NCBI GenBank assembly: GCA_902406115.1
Contig: CABPCL010000002.1
Span: forward strand, 99,384 to 163,383
Reading direction: 5' to 3'
Length of the DNA stretch: 64,000 nt
Source: an uncultured Clostridium sp.
Lineage (GTDB): Bacteria > Bacillota > Clostridia > TANB77 > CAG-508
Shown: positions 1 through 9,070 of the stretch, one piece after another
How the letters are laid out: every line of letters starts with the position of its first letter
How positions within the stretch are numbered: the first letter of the stretch is position 1
Made by a program: the position numbers and the translations under genes
The notes under the pieces: model-generated
Database searches by the model: none
The model's input: only the letters and a program-made list of their open reading frames with translations
Told to the model about the DNA's origin: nothing

Positions 1-1
1 T

Positions 2-808
2 ATTGCTAAATCAGGAATTGCAGCAACAGATATTAATTATTGTTTTGCCGGTGACTTATTGAATCAATGTATTTCTTCAAGTTTTGGACTTCGCGAACTT
101 AATATTCCATTCTTTGGTGTTTTTGGAGCTTGTTCAACTTTTGTAGAAAGTCTTTGCTTGGGAAGTGTTTTCGTTGAAGGCGGATGTGCTACAAATGTAC
201 TTTGTGCAACTTCAAGTCATTTTTGTAGTGCAGAAAAGCAGTTTAGATTTCCTTTAGAACTTGGAAATCAAAGACCACAATCAGCTCAATGGACTGTTAC
301 AGGATCAGGTGCAGCTATTGTAAGTTCTTCTGGTACAGGACCATATATTACATGTATAACTCCTGGTAAAATTGTAGATATGGGAATAAAGGATGCAAAC
401 AATATGGGTGCAGCAATGGCCCCTGCTGCATTAGATACACTTATTACGCATTTTAGAGATACAGGTAGAAAGCCAAGCTACTATGATGCTATTATAACAG
501 GTGATTTAGGTTATGTAGGGAAAGAAATTTTAACAGAACTTGCAGAAACTAAAGGCTATAATATAAAGAGTAATTACAACGATTGTGGAGTTCTAATTTT
601 TGATAAAGATAAGCAAGATACTCATTCAGGTGGCAGTGGATGTGCATGTATAGGAACAGTATTTTCAGGGTATTTTTTCAAACAACTAAAAGAAAGAAAA
701 ATAAATAGAATTCTTTTAATTGCAACAGGAGCTCTTATGAATTCAACCAGTTCACAACAAGGCGAATCAATCCCAGGAATAGCACATGCTATTGCAATTG
801 AAAACTAG
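2..808 (+). CDS. spoVAD: Stage V sporulation protein AD (SpoVAD), 5' end cut by window edge
   Basis: The reading frame of ORF 59..808 stays open back to base 2 (IAKSGIAATDINYCFAGDLLNQ...). The sequence is SpoVAD-like with a thiolase fold (GACSTFVESL, SGGSGCACIG). spoVAE follows immediately. Confidence 0.85.
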   Translation: MAKSGIAATDINYCFAGDLLNQCISSSFGLRELNIPFFGVFGACSTFVESLCLGSVFVEGGCATNVLCATSSHFCSAEKQFRFPLELGNQRPQSAQWTVTGSGAAIVSSSGTGPYITCITPGKIVDMGIKDANNMGAAMAPAALDTLITHFRDTGRKPSYYDAIITGDLGYVGKEILTELAETKGYNIKSNYNDCGVLIFDKDKQDTHSGGSGCACIGTVFSGYFFKQLKERKINRILLIATGALMNSTSSQQGESIPGIAHAIAIEN

Positions 809-824
809 AAAGGAGAAATATTTT

Positions 825-1211
825 ATGGAATTTTTACAAAGTATTGATTGGATGCAGATGCTTAGATGTTTTGTTGTAGGTGGTCTTATCTGTATTATTG
901 GTCAAATTCTAATTGATAAAACCAAATTAACTCCTGCTAGGATTCTAGTAATTTTTGTTACAGCTGGTGCTATTTTAGGTGGACTTGGAATTTATAAATA
1001 TTTAATTGATTTTGCAGGTTGTGGTGCTACAGTTCCTTTAACAGGTTTTGGAGCAAACCTTGCAAAAGGTGCAATTCAAGAAGTACAGTCTTCTGGGCTT
1101 CTAGGAGCTTTCGTTGGAGGAGTTAAGGCTTCAAGCGGTGGTATAGCTGCTGCAATATTCTTTGGATATATTGCCTCACTTATTGCAAAACCTAAAATAA
1201 AGAAACAATAA
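825..1211 (+). CDS. spoVAE: Stage V sporulation protein AE (SpoVAE), small membrane protein
   Basis: Internal ATG at 825 is preceded by AAGGAGAAA. The hydrophobic, Gly-rich sequence is typical of SpoVAE (about 128 aa), and it sits directly after spoVAD. Confidence 0.8.
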   Translation: MEFLQSIDWMQMLRCFVVGGLICIIGQILIDKTKLTPARILVIFVTAGAILGGLGIYKYLIDFAGCGATVPLTGFGANLAKGAIQEVQSSGLLGAFVGGVKASSGGIAAAIFFGYIASLIAKPKIKKQ

Positions 1212-1230
1212 GTCTTTATTTTATTAATAC

Positions 1231-1268
1231 AAAAAAAGTATAGAATCCTTGTGTTCTATACTTTTTTT
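1231..1268 (+). terminator. Bidirectional intrinsic terminator after spoVAE
   Basis: AAAAAAAGTATAGAA-(8 nt loop)-TTCTATACTTTTTTT. Perfect stem flanked by an A-run and a T-run. Confidence 0.8.
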
Positions 1269-1270
1269 AT

Positions 1271-1351
1271 GTATTATTTACTGTGTATTATTCACTGTGT
1301 ATTATTCACTATTTATTATTTACTATTTAATTCACTATATATTTTTACTAT
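1271..1351. repeat. Degenerate 14-bp tandem repeat, about 6 units (GTATTATTYACTRT)
   Basis: Read directly: gtattatttactgt / gtattattcactgt / gtattattcactat / ttattatttactat / ttaattcactat / atatttttactat. It lies in the convergent intergenic gap between spoVAE and the HAD gene. Confidence 0.8.
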
Positions 1352-1407
1352 ATATAACATCTTGATACATATACACTTATTATAAATATTTTTATTTCGG
1401 TCCTATC

Positions 1408-1995
1408 TTAATTTTCTTGCATCATATTTATTTTATTTAAAATATCATGCCATGTATATACTCTTGTAATATTTTTTCCATTCATTTTTTTATTATATGG
1501 ATTATCAAAACAAAATACTGGAATTTTACTTGATATATCAATAATATTTGTTGGTGAATCATCTATCATAACATCAATTTTATTCTCTAAACAATATGGC
1601 AATTTACTACCAACTGTAAAAATCAATTTATCATACTGTATATGATTATCCTCTAACCATTTGTATACCATCTGTTTCATTGTTCCATATGTTTCTGGTG
1701 GCAAACCATCTTCATTTCTAGCTGTAATTATATATATTTCATTATTTTGTTTTAACTTAGAAATAACTTCGCTTGCAAATTCTCTTGCTGGATAATTTCT
1801 AGCATAATGTTCTAAGTATGTATTCCAAAACTTAATAGACTGCTCCTCAGTTATTCCTAATGCTTTTGCTTCATCATATTCGTCTTCCTTTATCTTATAA
1901 TCAATATTATTTTCATAACTAAATTTTATACCATAATCTACTATAAACCTTGCTATATCAGTTAAAACTCCATCTATATCTATTCCAATTTTCAT
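1408..1995 (-). CDS. HAD-superfamily 5'(3')-deoxyribonucleotidase-like phosphatase
   Basis: N-terminal IDIDGVL motif (HAD motif I). Start moved to MKIGIDIDG because AAAGGAGGAAAA lies just upstream of the ATG at 1995. Confidence 0.6.
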   Translation of the reverse strand: MKIGIDIDGVLTDIARFIVDYGIKFSYENNIDYKIKEDEYDEAKALGITEEQSIKFWNTYLEHYARNYPAREFASEVISKLKQNNEIYIITARNEDGLPPETYGTMKQMVYKWLEDNHIQYDKLIFTVGSKLPYCLENKIDVMIDDSPTNIIDISSKIPVFCFDNPYNKKMNGKNITRVYTWHDILNKINMMQEN

Positions 1996-2040
1996 TTTTC
2001 CTCCTTTATTCATAACCCTAAATATTATAATTAATTATAT

Positions 2041-2078
2041 AAAAAAAGACAACATATTTTTAAAATTTGTTGTCTTTA
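2041..2078 (-). terminator. Intrinsic terminator downstream of rplT
   Basis: AAAGACAACA-(14 nt)-TGTTGTCTTT with a flanking A-run, which is a T-run on the minus strand. Confidence 0.7.
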
Positions 2079-2104
2079 ATTTTTAATTATGATATTAAGA
2101 TTCA

Positions 2105-2455
2105 TTATGCTTTTTTAGACATTTCTGCTAATTCTGCAAAAGCTTTTGCATCTGTTACAGCTAAGTCAGCTAACATTTTTCTGTTAATTACAACATTTGC
2201 TTTCTTTAATCCAGCGATCATTTTGCTATATGTTGTTCCGTTCATTCTAGCTGCAGCATTAATTCTTGCTATCCATAATTTTCTAAAATTACTCTTTCTA
2301 TCTTTTCTTCCTACATATGCATACATTCCAGATTTCATAACAGCTTGTTTCGCCATTCTGAATCTATAATGTTTTGCACCATAATACCCTTTTGCTCTTT
2401 TTAATATTTTTTTATGTTTTTTACGAGTTATAACTGCTGTTTTTACCCTTGCCAT
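2105..2455 (-). CDS. rplT: 50S ribosomal protein L20
   Basis: [26 protein letters not shown]... is canonical L20. It is the last gene of the infC-rpmI-rplT operon. Confidence 0.97.
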   Translation of the reverse strand: MARVKTAVITRKKHKKILKRAKGYYGAKHYRFRMAKQAVMKSGMYAYVGRKDRKSNFRKLWIARINAAARMNGTTYSKMIAGLKKANVVINRKMLADLAVTDAKAFAELAEMSKKA

Positions 2456-2546
2456 TTATTTGCCTCCTTATTTTAATTTTCTAATGATGACCTAATTTTC
2501 ATCTGATCAACTTCTAGGTAGAATACTTCTGCCCAATTTATTTTGA

Positions 2547-2750
2547 TTAATTACCATATGGTAACATTTTTTTAATTCCTGCTTCACAAGTTTTATCTGC
2601 ATAAGCATCTTGTACTTTTCCTCTTGATTTTGCTCTTGATGTTTTATTTGCTAAAAGATGTCTTTTATTTGATTTTGTTCTTTTTACTTTTCCTGTTGCA
2701 GTATATGAATATCTTTTCTTTGCTGCTTTATTTGTTTTTAATTTTGGCAT
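2547..2750 (-). CDS. rpmI: 50S ribosomal protein L35
   Basis: MPKLKTNKAAKKRY... is canonical L35 and lies between infC and rplT. Confidence 0.95.
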   Translation of the reverse strand: MPKLKTNKAAKKRYSYTATGKVKRTKSNKRHLLANKTSRAKSRGKVQDAYADKTCEAGIKKMLPYGN

Positions 2751-2793
2751 AATATTTCCTCCTTGTTATTGTTATTCTTTATTTTATTATTAG

Positions 2794-3309
2794 CTATTTA
2801 TCAGCTTTTTTAGCTAATATAATAAACATATTTTTACCTTCCAACACAGCTTTTTTCTCTGGTGTTGCAATGTCTGATAATGATTCAATGAAGTTATTTA
2901 AATTATCTTCACCTAATTTTACGTAATTTAATTCTCTTCCTCTAAATCTTACTGTTATTTTAACTTTGTTTCCGTCTTCAATAAATTTTCTTGCATTTTT
3001 TACTTTGAATTCGAAATCATGTTGCTCTATATTAGGTGTAATTCTAATTTCTTTAACTTCAAAAGTTTTTTGTTTTTTCTTTGCTTCTTTTTCCTTTTTA
3101 GCTTGCTCAAATTTGTATTTTCCATAATTCATTATTTTGCAAACTGGTGGTTCAGCATTTGGTGCAACTAGTACTAAGTCTAGTTTTTTATCAAATGCTA
3201 AATCTAAAGCATCATTTAGAGCCATTACTCCTCTTTTCTCTCCTGCATCGTCAATTACTTGAACTTCTTTTGCTCTAATTTGTTCATTAATAGGTAATTC
3301 TTGTTTTAT
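2794..3309 (-). CDS. infC: Translation initiation factor IF-3, probable non-AUG (ATA) start
   Basis: IKQELPINEQIRAKEVQVIDDAGE... is canonical IF-3. GGAGGTG sits 8 nt upstream of the in-frame ATA at 3309..3307. The ATG at 3357 would add an implausible 16-aa extension and has no SD. The exact start is uncertain. Confidence 0.85.
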   Translation of the reverse strand: MKQELPINEQIRAKEVQVIDDAGEKRGVMALNDALDLAFDKKLDLVLVAPNAEPPVCKIMNYGKYKFEQAKKEKEAKKKQKTFEVKEIRITPNIEQHDFEFKVKNARKFIEDGNKVKITVRFRGRELNYVKLGEDNLNNFIESLSDIATPEKKAVLEGKNMFIILAKKADK

Positions 3310-3466
3310 ATAAAACACCTCCAAATAAAAAAATTGATTTGCCTTACAACAAATCAATCCACTAAACCAATAATGATAGAGAAGAATAATTCTCTCTTTA
3401 TATTAATATGATTTACCTTTTTCTTTCTCGATAAGGTGAGAAGTGGATTGCTTCTACTTTGTTTGA
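3310..3466 (-). promoter_or_regulatory. infC operon 5' leader, candidate L20-binding leader
   Basis: About 155 nt of untranslated leader between a consensus promoter and infC. It contains an AGAGAA/TTCTCT hairpin. Its position matches the L20 leader known from Firmicutes. The fold was not verified. Confidence 0.45.
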
Positions 3467-3473
3467 CCTTAAT

Positions 3474-3502
3474 ATAATACTACATTCTTCTCTATTTGTC
3501 AA
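3474..3502 (-). promoter_or_regulatory. SigA-type promoter of infC-rpmI-rplT
   Basis: Minus strand reads TTGACA-17 nt-TATTAT. Confidence 0.7.
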
Positions 3503-3548
3503 TACATTTTCTAAAGATTCTTGTTTTCAACTAACCAAAATAAAGTAA

Positions 3549-3580
3549 AACCTCAGAAATTCTAAAACTTCTGAGGTTTG
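3549..3580 (-). terminator. Intrinsic terminator downstream of rpsI
   Basis: AACCTCAGAA-(10 nt)-TTCTGAGGTT, followed on the minus strand by TTTTACTTTATTTT. Confidence 0.8.
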
Positions 3581-3602
3581 ATATATTTTGCATAAAAGCA
3601 TA

Positions 3603-4010
3603 TTATCTCTTACTAAATTGTGGAGCTTTTCTAGCTTTTTTAAGACCGTATTTTTTTCTTTCTTTTTGACGTGAATCTCTTGTTAAGAATCCAGCAGATT
3701 TTAATGTAGGTCTGTATTCAGCATTAGCTTCTAATAATGCTCTTGCAATACCTAAACGAATTGCACCAGCTTGACCTGTAAATCCTCCACCTTGTACTTT
3801 ACAAATTACATCATATCTATCAAGAGTATTTGTAACAGTTAATGGTTGTCTAACAATAACTTTTAAAGTATCTGTTCCTAAATATTCATCTATGTTTTTT
3901 CCGTTTATAGTAATAGCGCCTGTTCCTTCAACTAATCTAACTCTAGCAATAGAGCTTTTTCTTCTTCCAGTACCATAAAACATTATTTTATCTTTCTTTG
4001 CTTTAGGCAT
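3603..4010 (-). CDS. rpsI: 30S ribosomal protein S9
   Basis: ...[15 protein letters not shown]...[12 protein letters not shown] is canonical S9. The second ATG (4010) has better SD spacing to GGGAGG. Confidence 0.95.
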   Translation of the reverse strand: MPKAKKDKIMFYGTGRRKSSIARVRLVEGTGAITINGKNIDEYLGTDTLKVIVRQPLTVTNTLDRYDVICKVQGGGFTGQAGAIRLGIARALLEANAEYRPTLKSAGFLTRDSRQKERKKYGLKKARKAPQFSKR

Positions 4011-4030
4011 TTCCATATCCTCCCTTTAAA

Positions 4031-4465
4031 TTAAAAATTCCAAACTTCTGGTTTTTGAGCAATGTTTTCGTGTTCTACTCCTGCATATACTCTTAATTTC
4101 TTTAACATTTGTCTTCCTAAGCTATTATGAGGAAGCATTCCTTTTACAGCACGCATCATCATTTGCTCTGGATTTTTATTTAATAAATCTCTAGCACTAA
4201 TTTCTTTTAGACCACCAATGTATCCTGAATGATGTCTATAAACTTTTTGATCTAATTTTTTTCCTGTTAAAACAACTTTACCACAATTGATAATAATAAC
4301 GTGATCTCCAACATCTATATTTGGAGTATAAGTTGGTTTATGTTTTCCTCTTAATAATTTAGCAGCTTCACTAGCAACTCTACCTAATGGTTTGTCTTCT
4401 GCATCAATTATATACCATTTTCTTTCAATTTCACTTTTTTTAATACTATATGTTGTATTATTCAT
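4031..4465 (-). CDS. rplM: 50S ribosomal protein L13
   Basis: [32 protein letters not shown]... is canonical L13 at 144 aa. The 32-aa N-terminal extension in the ORF track is rejected. GGAGGA lies upstream of the ATG at 4465. Confidence 0.95.
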   Translation of the reverse strand: MNNTTYSIKKSEIERKWYIIDAEDKPLGRVASEAAKLLRGKHKPTYTPNIDVGDHVIIINCGKVVLTGKKLDQKVYRHHSGYIGGLKEISARDLLNKNPEQMMMRAVKGMLPHNSLGRQMLKKLRVYAGVEHENIAQKPEVWNF

Positions 4466-4575
4466 GGTAATATGTATCCTCCATTTCATAACTAAAATTT
4501 TATAATTATTTATATGAAACCATAGTTTTGAACTACCGGGGAGAAGTTCTCGCTTGGTCATAAACTTATATAATG
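4466..4575 (-). promoter_or_regulatory. rplM 5' leader, possible L13-type ribosomal leader
   Basis: About 110 nt of untranslated leader between the promoter and rplM. Called from position only. The structure was not verified. Confidence 0.3.
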
Positions 4576-4582
4576 CTTTAAT

Positions 4583-4611
4583 ATTTTATAACAAAAAAGA
4601 GCAAATGTCAA
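4583..4611 (-). promoter_or_regulatory. SigA-type promoter of rplM-rpsI
   Basis: Minus strand reads TTGACA-17 nt-TAAAAT. Confidence 0.65.
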
Positions 4612-4704
4612 TATTTTTTCATTTTTTCTTTAATTAAGGCTTGCTTAACATCACATTTTAATTCTTATGCCTTATATATAATATATAATATCATAATAAA
4701 AGCA

Positions 4705-4735
4705 AGGACTTGCACTTTCGTACAAGTCCTTTTTA
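4705..4735 (-). terminator. Hairpin terminator downstream of the orphan gene 4758..5153 (bidirectional in appearance)
   Basis: AGGACTTG-(10 nt)-CAAGTCCT followed by TTTTT on the plus strand. On the minus strand it is followed by TGCTTTTATTAT. Confidence 0.6.
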
Positions 4736-4757
4736 TGGATTTTTATTGGATTTTAGA

Positions 4758-5153
4758 CTATTTTTTCTTGCATATTGTTTTGTCTGTAAACCAGTCAATA
4801 TCGCTTTCATCTAAAGCTTCCTCTTTGTCAAGCTCATCAAAGAAATCAAAATCAAGAGCTTCCTTTACATCTTCATCCGTCTTGAAATATGAAAGAGAAT
4901 CGTCTATGGTTATAATATTAACCACCGGGCATTCTAGAGCCTCTTCAACACTATGTGCCTCATAGGTTTTAATCTTAAATCCCTCATTTATAAGCCATTC
5001 ACGATTTTCACTGAAGATTTCTCCCATGTATTTAACTTCAAGATGTCCTGAGATCCAATGTGCAAGCATTTTGATACTCTGTGCTAAATCTTCTCTCTGC
5101 CGCATAAGAAGCTTAATCTTCATCTCTACGCCTAATTTTCTTTTTTCATCCAT
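4758..5153 (-). CDS. Hypothetical small protein with a very acidic C-terminal tail (131 aa)
   Basis: ATG at 5153 is preceded by AGGAGGAC. I recognise no family. The tail reads DFDFFDELDKEEALDESDIDWF. Local GC is about 35-42%, clearly above the surroundings. Confidence 0.6.
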   Translation of the reverse strand: MDEKRKLGVEMKIKLLMRQREDLAQSIKMLAHWISGHLEVKYMGEIFSENREWLINEGFKIKTYEAHSVEEALECPVVNIITIDDSLSYFKTDEDVKEALDFDFFDELDKEEALDESDIDWFTDKTICKKK

Positions 5154-5304
5154 AAAGTCCTCCTGCCACTTCTGTGGCTGTCTGCGCACTCTTATACATA
5201 AAAGTGCATTTTTCTTAAAGCTATATCAGAGCACTTTGCCCTAATTAAAGATATTATATCACATTTTACATAATGTTGCAAATATGTCAAATCAGTCTAA
5301 ATTT

Positions 5305-6366
5305 TTATTTTATTTTTCCTCCACCTAAAACAATATCATCTATATAAAATACTGCTGATTGGCCAGGAGTGATTCTAGCAACAGGATTTTCGAATACAAC
5401 TTTAATAACTCCATCTTCTACCATTTCAATTGTTGCCTTTTCTTCTCTACTTGAATATCTTGTTTTAACAGATACCTGCATTTTCTCTTGTAAACTATCT
5501 ATTAATAATAAATTAATGTTATCAACTAACATTTCTTTTTTATAAATTTCGCTTTCTTCTCCAACTATTACTTCATTTCTCTCTTTATTAAATCCAATAA
5601 CAAACAAAGGCACTTTGTATGAAATTCCAAGACCCTTCCTTTGTCCTATTGTATATTTGTATAATCCTTGGTGTTTACCTAAAATTTCACCTTTACTATT
5701 TACAATATTTCCTTCTTTAGGTTTTATGTTGGAATTATTTTCTAAAAATTTCTTATAATCTCCATCTGGTATAAAACATATATCTTCACTATCAGGCTTA
5801 CTTGCAACTTTCAAATTGTTCTCTCGTGCCACTTTTCTCACTTCATCTTTTGACTCAAATTCGCCAAGAGGAAATAAAACTTTGCCTAAAAGTTCTTTTG
5901 GAATTGTATATAAAACATAGCTTTGATCTTTAGCAATATTGTTAGCCTTTTTTAGTACATATCTTCCATATTTTTCAGAATATTCTGTTTTAGCATAATG
6001 ACCTGTTGCTATATATTCGCATCCAAGTTCTTTTGCTTTTTCATACATTGAACCAAACTTCAAATAACGATTACATTCAATACATGGATTTGGAGTTTGT
6101 TGATTATCATAGCAATTTATAAAATCATCAATTACATATTTTTTAAATTCTTCTTTATAATCAAAAGTAAAATGAGGTACACCTATTGTTCTGCAAACAT
6201 TTTTAGCATCTATATATGTATTAACATTACAACAACTACTTCCAACAAAAAGTTCTAGAGTTGTTCCAACCACATCATATCCTTGTTCCTTTAAAAGTAA
6301 AGCAGATACAGAACTGTCAACTCCTCCACTCATTCCTAATAATACTTTCTTATTTTCCGTTTTCAT
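5305..6366 (-). CDS. mnmA: tRNA-specific 2-thiouridylase MnmA
   Basis: VLLGMSGGVDSSVSALLL PP-loop motif plus the CxxC and C-terminal barrel regions. GGAGG lies 9 nt upstream of the ATG at 6366. Confidence 0.9.
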   Translation of the reverse strand: MKTENKKVLLGMSGGVDSSVSALLLKEQGYDVVGTTLELFVGSSCCNVNTYIDAKNVCRTIGVPHFTFDYKEEFKKYVIDDFINCYDNQQTPNPCIECNRYLKFGSMYEKAKELGCEYIATGHYAKTEYSEKYGRYVLKKANNIAKDQSYVLYTIPKELLGKVLFPLGEFESKDEVRKVARENNLKVASKPDSEDICFIPDGDYKKFLENNSNIKPKEGNIVNSKGEILGKHQGLYKYTIGQRKGLGISYKVPLFVIGFNKERNEVIVGEESEIYKKEMLVDNINLLLIDSLQEKMQVSVKTRYSSREEKATIEMVEDGVIKVVFENPVARITPGQSAVFYIDDIVLGGGKIK

Positions 6367-6787
6367 TAAATAATTCCTCCATTGTATGCCAAGCAAGAAG
6401 TGCACATTTTACTCTAGCAGGCATATTTGCTACATTTTTGAAAGCTATTGCATCTTCTAATTTTTTTAATTCTTCTTCACTCTTTGTTTCTCTTTTTATC
6501 ATATCAATAAATGTTTTAATAATATCTTTAGCTTCTTTTATTGTTTTTCCTTTTAAAACATCTATCATAATAGATGTTGATGCTTGTGATATTGCACATC
6601 CATGTCCTGTAAATGACATGTCCTCTATAATATCACCATCTAATTTTACTTGAATTTCTATCTCGTCACCACAGTTAGGATTGTGTCCCATTCTGCAATA
6701 ATCTGCTTCTTCAAGATTTTTTTTATTATATGAATTCATACTATGTTCCATTATTAAATCATTATATAATTCATCTAAATTGTCCAT
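6350..6787 (-). CDS. sufU: SufU/IscU-type Fe-S cluster scaffold (zinc-dependent sulfurtransferase)
   Basis: Motifs NPNCGD, GHGCAIS and RVKCALLAW. It is the last gene of the suf operon. Confidence 0.9.
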   Translation of the reverse strand: MDNLDELYNDLIMEHSMNSYNKKNLEEADYCRMGHNPNCGDEIEIQVKLDGDIIEDMSFTGHGCAISQASTSIMIDVLKGKTIKEAKDIIKTFIDMIKRETKSEEELKKLEDAIAFKNVANMPARVKCALLAWHTMEELFNENGK

Positions 6788-6803
6788 GTTTTATTTTTCC
6801 TTC

Positions 6804-8018
6804 CTATGCTTTTATATACTTTTCAAACATTTTATATGCCTTTTTTAATGCCTCTACCAGCATGTCAATATCTTGTTTTGTATTATAAAAATACAAACTC
6901 ATTCTACAAGTTGAATCTTCACCTAAAAATCTAAGTAGTGGTTGTGCACAATGATTTCCTGATCTTACGCAAACATTTTCCGAGTCTAAAATACTTGCAA
7001 CATCATGAGGGTGAACTCCCTTAATATTAAAAGATATTACAGCTGAATGTTTTTTTCTGTTAGGCGTCATATATATTTTTAAGAAATCCAATTTTGATAG
7101 CTCTTCTCTTGCATAATCTAAAAGTTCATCTTCAATTTCTTGTATTTTATCATATCCTAAATTTGAAATATAATCAATAGCAGTTCCTAATCCAATAACA
7201 CCCTCTACGTTTTGAGTTCCTGCTTCAAATTTATTTGGAAGTGGTGCAAATGTTGTTTTTTGTTCATACACATATTCAATCATATCTCCACCCATTAAAA
7301 ATGGATTCATTTTGTTTAATATTTCTCGTTTTCCATATAGCACACCAATTCCAAGTGGCGCAAGCATTTTATGTCCTGAAAAAGCAAGAAAATCTGCATC
7401 TAAATCTTGTACATCTATTTTCATATGAGGAATACTTTGAGAAGCATCTACAATTACTATAGCACCTTTTTTATGTGCATACTTAATAATTTCTTTAACA
7501 GGATTTATAGTTCCTAGTACATTTGACACATGTGTAATTGCAACTATTTTTGTTTTATCTGTTATTTTGCTTTCTATTTCTTCCTTGCTTAATTCATAAT
7601 TTTCATCAATATACATATATTTTAAATTGCTTTTTGTTTTACCAGTTACATATTGCCATGGAACTAAATTTGAATGATGTTCCATTATAGATATAACAAC
7701 TTCATCATCTTTTTTTAAATTATCTAATCCATATGAATATGCAACTAAATTTAAACTTTCACTTGCATTTTTTGAAAATATAATTTCTTCCTCATATCTT
7801 GCATTTATAAATTTTGCAATCTTTTTTCTTGTATTTTCATATTCTTCTGTTGTTTCTATGCTTAGTGAATATGCCCCTCTATGTGGGTTTGCATTATTAT
7901 TTTCATAAAATTTTTCTATAGCTTCAATTACTTGTTTTGGTTTTTGTGTAGTTGCTCCACTATCTAAGTATGCCATTTTCCTATTTTGTAAAATCGGAAA
8001 ATCATCTCTTATACTCAT
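6804..8018 (-). CDS. sufS: Cysteine desulfurase SufS
   Basis: Class V aminotransferase. Has FSGHKMLAPLGIGVLY (PLP lysine) and RSGNHCAQPL (active-site Cys), in suf context. Confidence 0.92.
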   Translation of the reverse strand: MSIRDDFPILQNRKMAYLDSGATTQKPKQVIEAIEKFYENNNANPHRGAYSLSIETTEEYENTRKKIAKFINARYEEEIIFSKNASESLNLVAYSYGLDNLKKDDEVVISIMEHHSNLVPWQYVTGKTKSNLKYMYIDENYELSKEEIESKITDKTKIVAITHVSNVLGTINPVKEIIKYAHKKGAIVIVDASQSIPHMKIDVQDLDADFLAFSGHKMLAPLGIGVLYGKREILNKMNPFLMGGDMIEYVYEQKTTFAPLPNKFEAGTQNVEGVIGLGTAIDYISNLGYDKIQEIEDELLDYAREELSKLDFLKIYMTPNRKKHSAVISFNIKGVHPHDVASILDSENVCVRSGNHCAQPLLRFLGEDSTCRMSLYFYNTKQDIDMLVEALKKAYKMFEKYIKA

Positions 8019-9055
8019 TTATCCAATCTCCTATCTATTTCTTGCAATATTTCTTGTTTAATGTTTTCATCTTTTATATTTTCTATTATCTTGTGAAATC
8101 TTGCTCTTACTATTAATTTTATTGCTTCTTTATACTCAATTCCTCTACTCATAATATAAAACAAATCATTTGCATCTACTTTTCCAGAAGCTGTTGAGTG
8201 ATTTCCTTCTACATCATCTTCTGTACATAGAAGCATTGGAAGAGCAATTGATTTTGCTTTATCTGAAAGTAGCATACAAAATTCGTTTTCATCACCTTTA
8301 GCCTTTTTGCATCCTTTTTTAAAATCAAGTGTTCCTTTAAAGTTTTTCTTAGCAGTATCTTTTAAGGCTCCTTGGACATCAATGTTAACTACAGTTTTTT
8401 CTCCATTTAGGTGTGCTACATAATTTAAGTCCTTTAATTGATTTTCAATTCCAAGATATACTGTTTTTAATTCATTTGCAGATTTTTCTCCTTTTGCATT
8501 AGAGTAATAGTTTGTAATACTATTTTTTCCACCAATATCCATAATAGTATAATTAACTGTAGAATCTGCATATAAATCGTTTTCCATTTCTTCAAAATGG
8601 TCTGAATTATTATTTAATAAATTAACAATAGCTATATCTACTTTTGCATTTTCTTTTGATGTAAGCTTAATTTTACCATTATGAAAACATTTTTTATCTG
8701 TATTCGATTTGTAAATAATTAAAATATTAGAATCTCCATCTGCAATTATTTCTAAATTATTTATTAAATTAGTATTATTATCGTCAAAATTATAAGTTAT
8801 TGTTAAATTACCCTTTCCTTGCATTTTTAAACAATGATTTGCAAGGTTATTAATATTATCCTCTAACAATTTTCCTGTTCCATATACAAAAGGGTTATTT
8901 GATATATTTTCACATTCAAAACCTTTTTGTCTTATATCTATATTATTAAATATTTCTTTTTCGGTTGGTAATGTAACATTTTCAACACTTATATTATTTA
9001 TTCTAAAATTATTTGATGTTCTTACAGGTGTTTCATTTAAAATAAGTTCTTCCAT
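8015..9055 (-). CDS. sufD: Fe-S cluster assembly protein SufD
   Basis: Sits between sufB and sufS. The C-terminus is SufBD-like (GNHSTASGKVDANDLFYIMSRGI). Confidence 0.85.
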   Translation of the reverse strand: MEELILNETPVRTSNNFRINNISVENVTLPTEKEIFNNIDIRQKGFECENISNNPFVYGTGKLLEDNINNLANHCLKMQGKGNLTITYNFDDNNTNLINNLEIIADGDSNILIIYKSNTDKKCFHNGKIKLTSKENAKVDIAIVNLLNNNSDHFEEMENDLYADSTVNYTIMDIGGKNSITNYYSNAKGEKSANELKTVYLGIENQLKDLNYVAHLNGEKTVVNIDVQGALKDTAKKNFKGTLDFKKGCKKAKGDENEFCMLLSDKAKSIALPMLLCTEDDVEGNHSTASGKVDANDLFYIMSRGIEYKEAIKLIVRARFHKIIENIKDENIKQEILQEIDRRLDK

Positions 9056-9070
9056 CTGGTTTTCCTTTCT

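Noticed and set aside
1271-1351. Possible CRISPR array, on the basis of direct repeats.
   Set aside because: The units are 12-14 bp, contiguous and without spacers, and there are no cas genes. This is a simple tandem repeat.
4466-4561. N-terminal extensions offered by the ORF track for rplM, rpsI, infC, era, mnmA, sufB, uvrC and the HAD gene.
   Set aside because: The extensions are non-conserved, often overlap upstream genes, and lack SD sequences. Internal starts with good SD spacing give proteins of canonical length.
5275-5291. An exact 17-mer, TTGCAAATATGTCAAAT, is shared between 5275..5291 and 25296..25312. Both copies lie in minus-strand promoter regions, which suggested a shared operator or repeat element.
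   Set aside because: In a 64-kb window of about 27% GC, a few exact 17-mer coincidences are expected by chance (rough estimate 2-5). The shared part largely coincides with generic promoter hexamers (TTGACA/TTGCAA). Flanking sequence does not extend the match.
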